Below are positions 55,986 to 64,000 of a stretch of 64,000 bases of DNA, in pieces. The DNA is taken from assembly GCA_042218065.1 (NCBI GenBank), contig JBDGRL010000002.1, positions 15,539 to 79,538 of the forward strand. Reading direction: 5' to 3'. The stretch is from Candidatus Magasanikiibacteriota bacterium (lineage in GTDB: Bacteria; Patescibacteriota; Patescibacteriia; Magasanikbacterales; UBA922). Made by a program: the position numbers and the translations under genes. The first letter of the stretch is position 1. Each line of letters starts with the position of its first letter. The notes beneath the pieces were generated by a model. The model was not told the origin of the DNA, did not search any database, and saw nothing but the letters and a program-made list of their open reading frames with translations.

Positions 55986-56616
55986 TTTTAAAATATTGCC
56001 TTACTTCTTGTTCTAAATTAGAGGGATTAGAGATAATTTTATAGGGGCTGCCTTCTTGTAGAGTTGCTCTGTTGTGATAACCCCAAGTAACACCGATAGA
56101 GCTAACATCAGCCTCATTAGCCTCTCGGATGTCTCCGAGTGTATCTGTGATTAGGATAGATTGTTTGGCTTTAACATCAAATGTGTCTAGGGTGTCTTTA
56201 ATTTTCTTGGTCTTGCTGGCAGATACATCGTATCCCAAAGTTTCTATAAAATATTGATCTAGATCTTGTTCGTGAAGTTGTCGGTTTATTACCCTGGAGC
56301 CGGTCGAGGATACAATAATAAGTAAAAAATCGTCAGCTAAATTTTTAATCACCTCAGCCATCTTAGGATTAACCTCTTTGTGTCTTACTTTTTTGTTGAA
56401 TTTCTTAAAAAATTCTTGCTTGAACTTTTCTGCCCCATCTCCTTCTTTCTCTTCTATGGCCTGGTGAGGGTTATTTTTAAACCATTTTCTATACTCTTCT
56501 TTTTTTATAGAGTGATCTAGATCGTGTGCTATAGCAAATGCGTCCTGGAATGTATTTACTATTACACCATCGTAGTCAAAGAAGACGACCTTCTTTTCGA
56601 ATTTATTCGAGCTCAT
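55975..56616 (-). CDS. HAD-superfamily hydrolase
   Basis: Motif I VVFFDYDGVIVNT, plus motif II/III-like segments. Confidence 0.75.
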   Translation of the reverse strand: MSSNKFEKKVVFFDYDGVIVNTFQDAFAIAHDLDHSIKKEEYRKWFKNNPHQAIEEKEGDGAEKFKQEFFKKFNKKVRHKEVNPKMAEVIKNLADDFLLIIVSSTGSRVINRQLHEQDLDQYFIETLGYDVSASKTKKIKDTLDTFDVKAKQSILITDTLGDIREANEADVSSIGVTWGYHNRATLQEGSPYKIISNPSNLEQEVRQYFKTIS

Positions 56617-56842
56617 TTATCTTCTTTTTATGCTTGACAGCCTTAACTGCACCAAAGATAAATAGTATAAAGCCGACAACTATAAAAAACCAAGCAAAAG
56701 CAATCATCCAGAAGCTGACAAAAAACTTTAATATTGCCACTCCTGTCACCCAAAAGGCTAAGGCTGTACGGATATAAGCAAGCGAAGTACGCTCAAAAGC
56801 TAGCTCTGTCCTCTTTTTTCTGGATTTTTGTGCTTGATCCAT
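56603..56842 (-). CDS. DUF202/YidH-family small membrane protein
   Basis: RTELAFERTSLAYIRTALA followed by two TM helices. Confidence 0.6.
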   Translation of the reverse strand: MDQAQKSRKKRTELAFERTSLAYIRTALAFWVTGVAILKFFVSFWMIAFAWFFIVVGFILFIFGAVKAVKHKKKINELE

Positions 56843-56843
56843 G

Positions 56844-57119
56844 TTAATATTTTATTCTAAATTTATCGTAGTCTTTTAGTGTTTCTTTCTCGTTTACTTC
56901 TACTTCATCTACTTTTGCTCTTTTAGGTCCGTCTTTACACCATTCTACCAATTTTTTTAATCTAGACTCCTCGCCTTCTGCTTCTATTTTTACAGTTCCG
57001 TTCGCCATATTTTTAACATAACCTGATAAACCCAAATTTCTTGCTTGTTTTTGGGTGTTCTTACGATAAAATACACCTTGAACCTTGCCTTTTACTGTTA
57101 TATTGTAGTGCTTTTTCAT
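56844..57119 (-). CDS. acyP: Acylphosphatase
   Basis: VKGKVQGVFYRKNTQKQARNLGLSGYVKNMANGTVKIEAEGEE matches the acylphosphatase signatures. Confidence 0.85.
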   Translation of the reverse strand: MKKHYNITVKGKVQGVFYRKNTQKQARNLGLSGYVKNMANGTVKIEAEGEESRLKKLVEWCKDGPKRAKVDEVEVNEKETLKDYDKFRIKY

Positions 57120-58120
57120 GTTAATGTGTGTTTTTGGTCTTCGATAATATCGTTATCTTTGAGTTCTTTAATGGCTCTTTCCATAGTTTTCATCCCTATG
57201 TCCCTGTTGGTTTGAATTACTGAGTTTATCTGATTAATTTCATTGTTGGAGATGAGGTTTGCTACTGCGGAGTTATTGATCAAAATCTCTCTAGCAGCCA
57301 CTCTGCCTCCTTCTTTTCTCGGTAGTAGTCTTTGTGAGACTACCATTTTTAATACCGATGAGAGCTGTACCAGGATTTGTCTCTTCTTTTCTCCGGGAAA
57401 CAGATCAATAATTCTCTCGACAGTATCAGCTGCAGTAGGTGTGTGGAGAGTAGAGAAGACCAGATGACCTGTCTCGGCGGCAGTTAGTGCTGCAGATACA
57501 CTCTCCTTGTCGCGCATCTCACCTAAAAATATAATATCCGGGTCCTGTCTTAAAGCAAATTTAAGGCCGTGATGAAATGATGGTGTGTCTATATTTACAT
57601 TCCTTTGTTCAATTATTGATTCCTTGTCCTCAAATACCATCTCCACCGGATCTTCGATTGTGATAATATGTTTGGATTTTTGTTTGTTTACTTCTTCAAG
57701 CAGAGAAGTGATAGTTGTGGATTTTCCTGATCCAGCGGGACCTGTTACTAACACTAATCCGTGAGGCAAGTTAGTAGTTTGCCTAATTACATTCTCGAGT
57801 TGAATTTCATCGGGTGTCATAATCTCTTCTGGGAATATTCTCAAAGCTGCACCCACACCATCAGTTTGTTGATGAATGTTTACTCTCATGGAAGTTCCGT
57901 CCACCTGGTGGCGAATATCTAAGTCTTTTTCTTGTTTAAATGCTTCTTTTTGGTCTTTGTTTAGTTGTTTCCAAAAATAGTCCTTTATGTCTTCGTGTTT
58001 AAGTTCGTCCTCGTCTATTTTATTAAGCCTACCGTCTACTCTAATAGTAGGAACCGAGCCGGAGGTGAGAAAAATATCACTTGCGACTTTTTGTATTGCT
58101 TGTTTTATGTATTTTTCCAT
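57116..58120 (-). CDS. pilT: Type IV pilus retraction ATPase PilT
   Basis: Walker A GLVLVTGPAGSGKSTT; Asp box and His box (DPDIIFLGEMRD, TGHLVFSTLHT); 334 aa. Confidence 0.9.
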   Translation of the reverse strand: MEKYIKQAIQKVASDIFLTSGSVPTIRVDGRLNKIDEDELKHEDIKDYFWKQLNKDQKEAFKQEKDLDIRHQVDGTSMRVNIHQQTDGVGAALRIFPEEIMTPDEIQLENVIRQTTNLPHGLVLVTGPAGSGKSTTITSLLEEVNKQKSKHIITIEDPVEMVFEDKESIIEQRNVNIDTPSFHHGLKFALRQDPDIIFLGEMRDKESVSAALTAAETGHLVFSTLHTPTAADTVERIIDLFPGEKKRQILVQLSSVLKMVVSQRLLPRKEGGRVAAREILINNSAVANLISNNEINQINSVIQTNRDIGMKTMERAIKELKDNDIIEDQKHTLT

Positions 58121-58171
58121 TTTTATTTTTATCTTGTATTAACTATACAATATTTTGTGTTCTTTCACAAT

Positions 58172-59062
58172 TTAACTATAAAGGTGGATTAAGATTACAC
58201 CTGAAACAGATAGAACCACAGCTATCAATTTTTGTGTTAATATTGCAAAATTATATTCTTCTTTCAATAATTTTGGGGAGAATTTTCCTAACAAGACAGT
58301 AAGCAGAAAAATAATAATAGCCTCAATCTCAGCAACAGCAGCAACTAATGAAACAGGACCTTTATCTAGGGCGTTGATATAAAAATAATATGCTAAACCA
58401 TTTACTATTCCCAAGATTGTGAGGTGCTTGAGTCCTGTTAAATTGGCCTGTTTTATTTTTTGAGATTTTGTAAGCATTATTAATATAGAGAAAATGGCAC
58501 CTGATATACCTATCCAGAAAGTTAAGTTCCAAAAATCGAACAGTGTTGAAGAATATTTAAAGACAAGTTCTCTGGCTGCAAAAAAAGAAGAAGCTATAAT
58601 AGCAAAAATAAATCCGAGTTTAGATTTGAGCTTAGACAGGCTGTGTAGTGGATCTTTTAGAGAAACTAATACTGCTCCGCATATAGTTAAGATAATTCCC
58701 AGATATATGATAGGCTGAAATGACTCCCCTAAAAATAAATAAGCAAATATGACTATAAATATAGTAGTGATTGACAGAGTTGGTCCGAATCTGGATACTT
58801 CTTCACTTTCAAGTCCCGAGTAATAGGAAAGAATAGACCCAAAGTATAAGATGCAAATTATTACACTATACCAGTTGAAAGAATAGATGTTTTCCGATCC
58901 GAAAATTAGTGACAGGAGAACTAATACTATAAAGTGAGAACACAAGGAAAAACTAGTAGTAATAAAAATATCTTTTACTTCTTTATTTACTATTATCTTG
59001 TCAGCTACTTCAATACTTGCCCACAAAATAGTTGCTGCAAATGTATAAAATACCCAGCTCAT
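58172..59062 (-). CDS. EamA/DMT-family transporter
   Basis: Ten TM helices in a two-EamA-repeat architecture; tandem paralog of the upstream gene. Confidence 0.7.
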   Translation of the reverse strand: MSWVFYTFAATILWASIEVADKIIVNKEVKDIFITTSFSLCSHFIVLVLLSLIFGSENIYSFNWYSVIICILYFGSILSYYSGLESEEVSRFGPTLSITTIFIVIFAYLFLGESFQPIIYLGIILTICGAVLVSLKDPLHSLSKLKSKLGFIFAIIASSFFAARELVFKYSSTLFDFWNLTFWIGISGAIFSILIMLTKSQKIKQANLTGLKHLTILGIVNGLAYYFYINALDKGPVSLVAAVAEIEAIIIFLLTVLLGKFSPKLLKEEYNFAILTQKLIAVVLSVSGVILIHLYS

Positions 59063-59955
59063 TAGCTATAGATCTTAATTAATAATACTCCCGCTATAAT
59101 AATAGTTGTTGCAAATACTTTCTGTAGGATTGTTTTTTTGTCTAGTTTTTCGTGGATAATTTCAGGGTGATATTTACTGACAGCAGTTGAACCCAAAAAT
59201 ACCAGCAAGGGTTTGATTTTTATTGCTGTAACTACCAATGACACCGGCCCCAGTGTAATTGCCTTTACATAAATCAGATAAGCTCCGGCTCTGATTAGCC
59301 CGACCAAAGGTAGGTGATCTATATGCTCGTATTTTTTTATCTGTTTAAACTTGGTGATTAGTAAAATAATGATTACAGTAAGACCCCCGATACCAAGCCA
59401 AAACAATATAGTCCAATAATTCATGCTGAAACCAGAAAACTTTATTATCAGGCTTCTAACAGCAATAATTATCGCCGATGCAACTCCGAGCATTACTGCC
59501 AGCCCCGACTTGAACTTGTGCCAGTTTTTCAGTGGATTTTTCAGAGATATTAGAATAGCACCGAAGACCGTGAGGAGTATACCTACATATACTATCCACG
59601 AAAAATTTTCTCCAAGCAGAAAGAATGCAGCAATAGCAGTTATGACCGGTATAATCCCGAACAAGGGGATAAAGCGTGAGACATCTTCTCTTTTTATTCC
59701 CGAATAATAGAAAATTAAACTTATCGGGTACAAGATACCCGCCAACAGTGGTAGCCAGAACTTATTTGATATAAGCGTACTAGCTGTATCAATTTGAAGG
59801 TAGGAGACTATTGTGATCACGATAAATCCCAGAAACCCCGATATTCCAACATCTATTACCGGGTCATTTATCTCATGATCTACTATAAATTTGTCGGCTA
59901 AATTAACTATAGCCCAAAGAAAGGCAGCAATTAAAGCAAGATAAAGCCAGCTCAT
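59062..59955 (-). CDS. EamA/DMT-family transporter (tandem paralog)
   Basis: Ten TM helices; the N-terminus MSWLYLALIAAFLWA compares with MSWVFYTFAATILWA in the neighbour. Confidence 0.7.
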   Translation of the reverse strand: MSWLYLALIAAFLWAIVNLADKFIVDHEINDPVIDVGISGFLGFIVITIVSYLQIDTASTLISNKFWLPLLAGILYPISLIFYYSGIKREDVSRFIPLFGIIPVITAIAAFFLLGENFSWIVYVGILLTVFGAILISLKNPLKNWHKFKSGLAVMLGVASAIIIAVRSLIIKFSGFSMNYWTILFWLGIGGLTVIIILLITKFKQIKKYEHIDHLPLVGLIRAGAYLIYVKAITLGPVSLVVTAIKIKPLLVFLGSTAVSKYHPEIIHEKLDKKTILQKVFATTIIIAGVLLIKIYS

Positions 59956-60071
59956 AAACGGTAATTGTATTAGTTATAGTAATTAACATTATAACAAATA
60001 AACATACGGTTTTTATTTTGTTATAATAAATATCAAGTAAAATAAGTTTAGTATTTATTTAAAAAAATATC

Positions 60072-60707
60072 ATGAAGATTAAAACATTAATTTTAGCGGC
60101 ACTAAGTATAATATTAGTAGGTGCTGGGTGTACGGGATCTGGAGGCTCGGATACCCCAAGTCAGTCCGAAAGCAGCCAAAAAGCTTCCGGCAATATTCAT
60201 GTTTCCGAGACAGCTCTCAAGGGGGATGTATGCAACAAATTGATGCCAAAAGATTTTGCTAGTAAAGTTTTGGGTTTTCCAGCTTCAGCTTTGAAAAAAG
60301 CTAAAAATTACTGTGTCTATACGGGAAAATCGAACGGTACTTATGCCAAAGCTTATTTGAATTATAGAAGATTCGAAGATAAGAAGACTGCTATGAACTG
60401 GTTTGAAAATGAGACTTCCGGTAAAACCAGCGAAGACGTCAATCCCACTCAAAGCTCTGAAGGTGAAAGAGAGGTTTCCGGAGTGGGGGACGCGGCATAC
60501 TTCACCGGTTCGAGCTTGAGAGTAGTTTTGGGTAACGTATTGTTAAAAATTACTGCATTCACCAGACCGACACTCGACCCAACGAATTTTAAAAATATGC
60601 AAAAGTATGCTCAAGCAACTCAAGAAAAGAGAGTGTCAGCAGAAAAACAAATCCAGATGACAAAACAGATAGCGCAAGAAGTAAAGAAAAATTTGTCTGA
60701 GCTTTAA
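60072..60707 (+). CDS. Hypothetical lipoprotein
   Basis: Signal peptide with lipobox LVGAGC (Cys at about residue 20), then a Ser/Thr-rich linker. Confidence 0.5.
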   Translation: MKIKTLILAALSIILVGAGCTGSGGSDTPSQSESSQKASGNIHVSETALKGDVCNKLMPKDFASKVLGFPASALKKAKNYCVYTGKSNGTYAKAYLNYRRFEDKKTAMNWFENETSGKTSEDVNPTQSSEGEREVSGVGDAAYFTGSSLRVVLGNVLLKITAFTRPTLDPTNFKNMQKYAQATQEKRVSAEKQIQMTKQIAQEVKKNLSEL

Positions 60708-60830
60708 AAGTAAAATAGTAGCTGGTTTTTCAACCATCTAGTTTAAGCATTGGTAAAAATTGTTAAGTCCTTACCTTCCTTGTCCTGCAATCTCTAATAA
60801 TTGCTCTTCGGTGTATTAACTCATTTATTG

Positions 60831-60917
60831 CGGAGAGGAGGGGATTTGAACCCCTGAGGCCGTGAGGCCTGCCGGTTTTCGAGACCGGTGCATTAAACCA
60901 GGCTCTGCCACCTCTCC
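60831..60917 (-). tRNA. tRNA-Ser (anticodon CGA)
   Basis: The minus-strand sequence is GGAGAGGTGGCAGAGCCTGGTTTAATGCACCGGTCTCGAAAACCGGCAGGCCTCACGGCCTCAGGGGTTCAAATCCCCTCCTCTCCG. It has a long variable arm (type II), anticodon loop CT-CGA-AA, and discriminator G. Confidence 0.8.
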
Positions 60918-60974
60918 GTGCAGGTAAGTATATACAAGCTTAGTATAAAAATCAAGGTTATCTAACTATTTCAT

Positions 60975-61271
60975 ATGATTAAAAGTTATTTAGATTTTCT
61001 CAAGGAGTACAAAATTGTAGGTCTAGCTTTGGGTGTTATTATGGGTACTGCTAGTACTGCCTTAGTTCAGTCTTTGGTGCAAAACATTATTATGCCTATT
61101 ATCAGTATTGTTATACCTTCCGGAGGCTGGAGAGAAGCTAGCTTCAGTGTAGGTTCTGCTGTAATAAGATGGGGTCCTTTTCTAGCGGAGCTGATTAACT
61201 TTATTATTCTTGCTTTTGTGGTTTTTCTGATTGTAAAGAAAGTTATGCGCTGGGAAAATATACAAAAGTAA
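60975..61271 (+). CDS. mscL: Large-conductance mechanosensitive channel
   Basis: MIKSYLDFLKEYKIVGLALGVIMGTA...IIMPII...GPFLAELINFIILAFVVFLIVKK is the classic MscL N-terminus and TM1/TM2. Confidence 0.85.
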   Translation: MIKSYLDFLKEYKIVGLALGVIMGTASTALVQSLVQNIIMPIISIVIPSGGWREASFSVGSAVIRWGPFLAELINFIILAFVVFLIVKKVMRWENIQK

Positions 61272-62645
61272 TTAACTAATCGAGTTTATTCTTTCGCTTA
61301 ATAGCGCAAGTGCGATCGGAAACCAAAATAATAATGCGAGATCATCTTTTATATAGGGAGAATCCACCAAACCCATAACCAAAAATGTAGTAAAAATGCT
61401 TGTAGCTAGCAGCTTTAGCTCTTGCTGTGTTTTTATTTGCTCGTATTTTTCTTTTGGTCCTACGAAATAATAAAACCAAAATAAAACCCAAACAAATCCA
61501 ATGAGACCTACTATCCCTAAATTGACCCAGATCGTTAGCCATAAATTATGTGGGTGGTGGAACACCTCTACATTCGGGTTGTCCCGGTAGGGGATTATTT
61601 TTTGTTTGTAAGCGCTGATTCCGGCGCCGAAGACGGGCTGGTCTTCGATAAACTCAAAGGTTTGCTGATACATATCGATGCGAAGTTGTCCGGTTCTGTT
61701 TTGTAGAAGAAGTTCTTGTCTTATATTATTTCCCCGAGGCAGTAAAAAGACTCCGATTATTCCCACAACTCCCAAAGTTACCGCCCACCAGCGCCATTTG
61801 CTAAATAGAAGTAAAACACCCAGACCTCCGAGCACCCCCATTAGTGCTCCAGTGGATTTTGCAAAAATAATTCCCAGCAGCCCCGAAGGTACAGCCAATA
61901 GCGATATAGTTAGGATTAGTGTGTTTTTAGTCTCTTTTTTTGTTCGATCAGGCTTATTATTCTTTTTAAAAATATGCGGTAAGCTATAGAGAAAGTGCTT
62001 AATTTTATCCAGCCAACCTATTGGTTTAGTTCTGATTTGATCATAGACCAGATAAGAAGCAATTATTACAGCTGGAGCTAGAAAATGCCCGACCGCATTC
62101 GGAAAGCCGTACCAAGCGGTGACCCTGAAGGCATTGTTATTTTCCCAGAAACTATAAGGCACCAAGAAGCCGGTAAAGTGTTGATAGACAGCCAAGATTG
62201 AGACAGCGAACCCGCTTACAACGATAGCGAATAAAATGTTTTTTAGCTCTTCTTTACTGTCCAAACTCGTAGTTAGAACCGCAGCTAATATTATCGGCTC
62301 GATATAGAACGATTTCCACTCGCCGAGGGCAGAGATCGGGTCTAATCCGTTAAAAATTGATATGGTAGCCCCGAGAACGAACAACGAAACACCGACAACG
62401 AGCCACCGGTGCCGTTTGTATATTTGCTTCACCTCTTTTATTATTTTTTTTCTTTTTTTGACCAGCCAAGCCAACACAACAAGTCCCAGCATTACCTCCA
62501 GCATGTCGGTTGGAATAGGTCCGATACTGAAATCTATGAGGTAGGTTGGTAATAATAAAAATAAGATTGACAGAGCTAGATTGAATCTGGTAAAACTTAG
62601 GAAGGTGAAACAAATAAAGAATGTAATCAGCAATGCGGTTTGCAT
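61272..62645 (-). CDS. O-antigen ligase/polymerase-like polytopic membrane protein (Wzy_C-like)
   Basis: About 12 TM helices with a large periplasmic loop; adjacent to the GT2 and flippase genes. Confidence 0.55.
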   Translation of the reverse strand: MQTALLITFFICFTFLSFTRFNLALSILFLLLPTYLIDFSIGPIPTDMLEVMLGLVVLAWLVKKRKKIIKEVKQIYKRHRWLVVGVSLFVLGATISIFNGLDPISALGEWKSFYIEPIILAAVLTTSLDSKEELKNILFAIVVSGFAVSILAVYQHFTGFLVPYSFWENNNAFRVTAWYGFPNAVGHFLAPAVIIASYLVYDQIRTKPIGWLDKIKHFLYSLPHIFKKNNKPDRTKKETKNTLILTISLLAVPSGLLGIIFAKSTGALMGVLGGLGVLLLFSKWRWWAVTLGVVGIIGVFLLPRGNNIRQELLLQNRTGQLRIDMYQQTFEFIEDQPVFGAGISAYKQKIIPYRDNPNVEVFHHPHNLWLTIWVNLGIVGLIGFVWVLFWFYYFVGPKEKYEQIKTQQELKLLATSIFTTFLVMGLVDSPYIKDDLALLFWFPIALALLSERINSIS

Positions 62646-62652
62646 TTTAGTT

Positions 62653-63333
62653 TTATTCTATTTCTTGTTTAGCAAATTTTATCGTTTGTTTCACATACTC
62701 TGAAACCCCGGCATATGACAAAATACTTTTAATCATAGTACAGTCCTCTTTAACTGCCTGCAGGTAATTTTCTCTCTTTTCTGCTTTTTTAGGTGTCCTT
62801 AACTGGGATTTCATCCATCCGACCTCTTTTTCTCTTTTCCTCATAAATCTATTAATAGCTATCTCAAGCTGAAAATCAACAAAATTCTCAGTTTTCGCTA
62901 TCTCCAAAAAATCTTTCCTATAGAGTAATCTTTGTCCCGCAAGTAGAATATGGCTCCGGGCAATATCTATCGGAGAAATAGCTTTGTCCAGTTTCAATAT
63001 AATCATATCAAAGTTGCCCGTTTTCATATGGAGTACAGCTTGTCTTATATCCTTTTTATTTAAATTTTTAAGATCAGCATCAAGAAAAAATAACACTTCA
63101 CTTCTTGCTTCTCTAGCCCCCGTCTTAATTGCCTCGGATTTTCCTCTGTTTTTATTTAATTTAATTAAATTTACTTTTGGAAACTTATTTTTAACTTCTT
63201 TGTATATATCATCATCACTGCCATCGTCTATACAAATTATTTCATCGAATTCATCAATTTGGTTTATTTTTCTCAAGGTCTTAATGATTCTGTGTCCCTC
63301 GTTGTAGAAAGGAATAATACAAGAAAATGTCAT
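62653..63333 (-). CDS. Family 2 glycosyltransferase
   Basis: FSCIIPFYNEGHRIIKTLRKI...IICIDDGSDD, with the DxD-like and GT-A fold motifs. Confidence 0.8.
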   Translation of the reverse strand: MTFSCIIPFYNEGHRIIKTLRKINQIDEFDEIICIDDGSDDDIYKEVKNKFPKVNLIKLNKNRGKSEAIKTGAREARSEVLFFLDADLKNLNKKDIRQAVLHMKTGNFDMIILKLDKAISPIDIARSHILLAGQRLLYRKDFLEIAKTENFVDFQLEIAINRFMRKREKEVGWMKSQLRTPKKAEKRENYLQAVKEDCTMIKSILSYAGVSEYVKQTIKFAKQEIE

Positions 63334-64000
63334 GAGGTTGATGCTTCAGTTTTTTTAAGTTTGATTATTTCTTTTATTGTTTTAATGGATATACCTCCGA
63401 TAGCAAATAAAGTAGTTGCGTAGATTACACCACCAATAACTACCAGCAGCAGTACATGCCATTGAGGCAGGACCATTATAGCTCCTCCCATAATCGTCGC
63501 CGCAAATATTATTTTACCAAAAGTTTTAAAGCTGAGTTTGAGTTCGGCGAATTTTCTCACAGTGAAGAAAAGGAAAAAACCCGCATAAAGTTCAGCAAAT
63601 ACACTCATCCACGCTGCTCCTATCATACCGTACTTGGGCACAAAGATTAAGTAGCCGATCAGCGTCAGTATTGCATCGGATATATATACCCACAACGTTT
63701 GCTTTTGTTTATTCATTGCAACTGCTGTATGGCTAAAGGTGGCTCCTAAAAATACTCCAAATACAGCTATAGATAAAATTTCCAAAGGTAAAGCAGACTC
63801 AGAGAATTTACCACCGGCCACCATTAGCATTATTGGTTTAGATAATATAATTGCACCTACTACTAGAGGTGTGCCCAGAGCCATCATAATATCAAATGAT
63901 TTTTGTAATCTTTGTTTAAATTCTTTCATTTTGCCCCGAGACCAAGCATGCGTGAGCAAAGGCAATAACAATCCCATCATCATCATTGCTGATTCGGTTA
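63330..64000 (-). CDS. Polysaccharide biosynthesis/export flippase-like membrane protein (Wzx/MATE-like); 5' end lies beyond the window
   Basis: The C-terminal six or so TM helices are present. The frame is open upstream of the listed ATG to the window edge, and the start overlaps the GT2 gene by 4 nt. Confidence 0.5.
   Translation of the reverse strand, partial: TESAMMMMGLLLPLLTHAWSRGKMKEFKQRLQKSFDIMMALGTPLVVGAIILSKPIMLMVAGGKFSESALPLEILSIAVFGVFLGATFSHTAVAMNKQKQTLWVYISDAILTLIGYLIFVPKYGMIGAAWMSVFAELYAGFFLFFTVRKFAELKLSFKTFGKIIFAATIMGGAIMVLPQWHVLLLVVIGGVIYATTLFAIGGISIKTIKEIIKLKKTEASTS

Noticed and set aside
1-64000. Alternative genetic code (UGA as Gly, code 25) as seen in some candidate phyla
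   Set aside because: Several well-supported genes terminate at TGA (e.g. 40541 and 41433), and no conserved protein requires read-through.

Overview
This is an AT-rich (roughly one-third GC), gene-dense chromosomal fragment using the standard bacterial code (TGA is a stop, e.g. at 40541 and 41433). Gene content and the many small housekeeping genes resemble a reduced-genome bacterium, possibly of the Patescibacteria/CPR type. The window carries the replication origin neighbourhood: dnaA-dnaN-rnpA-yidD on the minus strand, with DnaA-box clusters flanking dnaA. It also has the rpsF-ssb-rpsR operon, uppS, lspA, comM/yifB, trigger factor, PBP1A, polA, holA, rpsT, rmuC and gatB. Five tRNAs are present (Leu, Cys, Arg, Ser, plus a degenerate Cys copy). 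A pyrimidine/dTTP block (dcd, a P-loop kinase, dut, a tandem ThyX-like protein, folA, tmk) is present, as is a methyl-cycle pair (ahcY plus a PfkB kinase). Redox genes (NDH-2, Mqo-like, DoxX), pilT, mscL and the start of a glycan-assembly cluster (GT2, O-antigen ligase-like, flippase) make up the rest. The most striking non-coding structure is a 1.15 kb intergenic array of ten canonical parS palindromes (TGTTTCACGTGAAACA). It contains tRNA-Arg and a GC-rich structured RNA-like element, and is followed by a second dense DnaA-box cluster and a set of GTTACTG-type repeats. Other notable loci follow.
- A tRNA-Cys-anchored remnant island, bounded by a degenerate tRNA-Cys direct repeat, holds truncated AbiEii and PIN toxin fragments and a DUF4143 ATPase.
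- A compositionally foreign GC-rich gene is followed by tandem perfect hairpins.
- A four-gene secreted/surface module includes FN3, dockerin-like and Ca-binding Cys-bounded repeats in a 1014-aa protein.
- The tandem ThyX-like protein has both catalytic motifs altered and sits next to DHFR and an extra nucleotide kinase.
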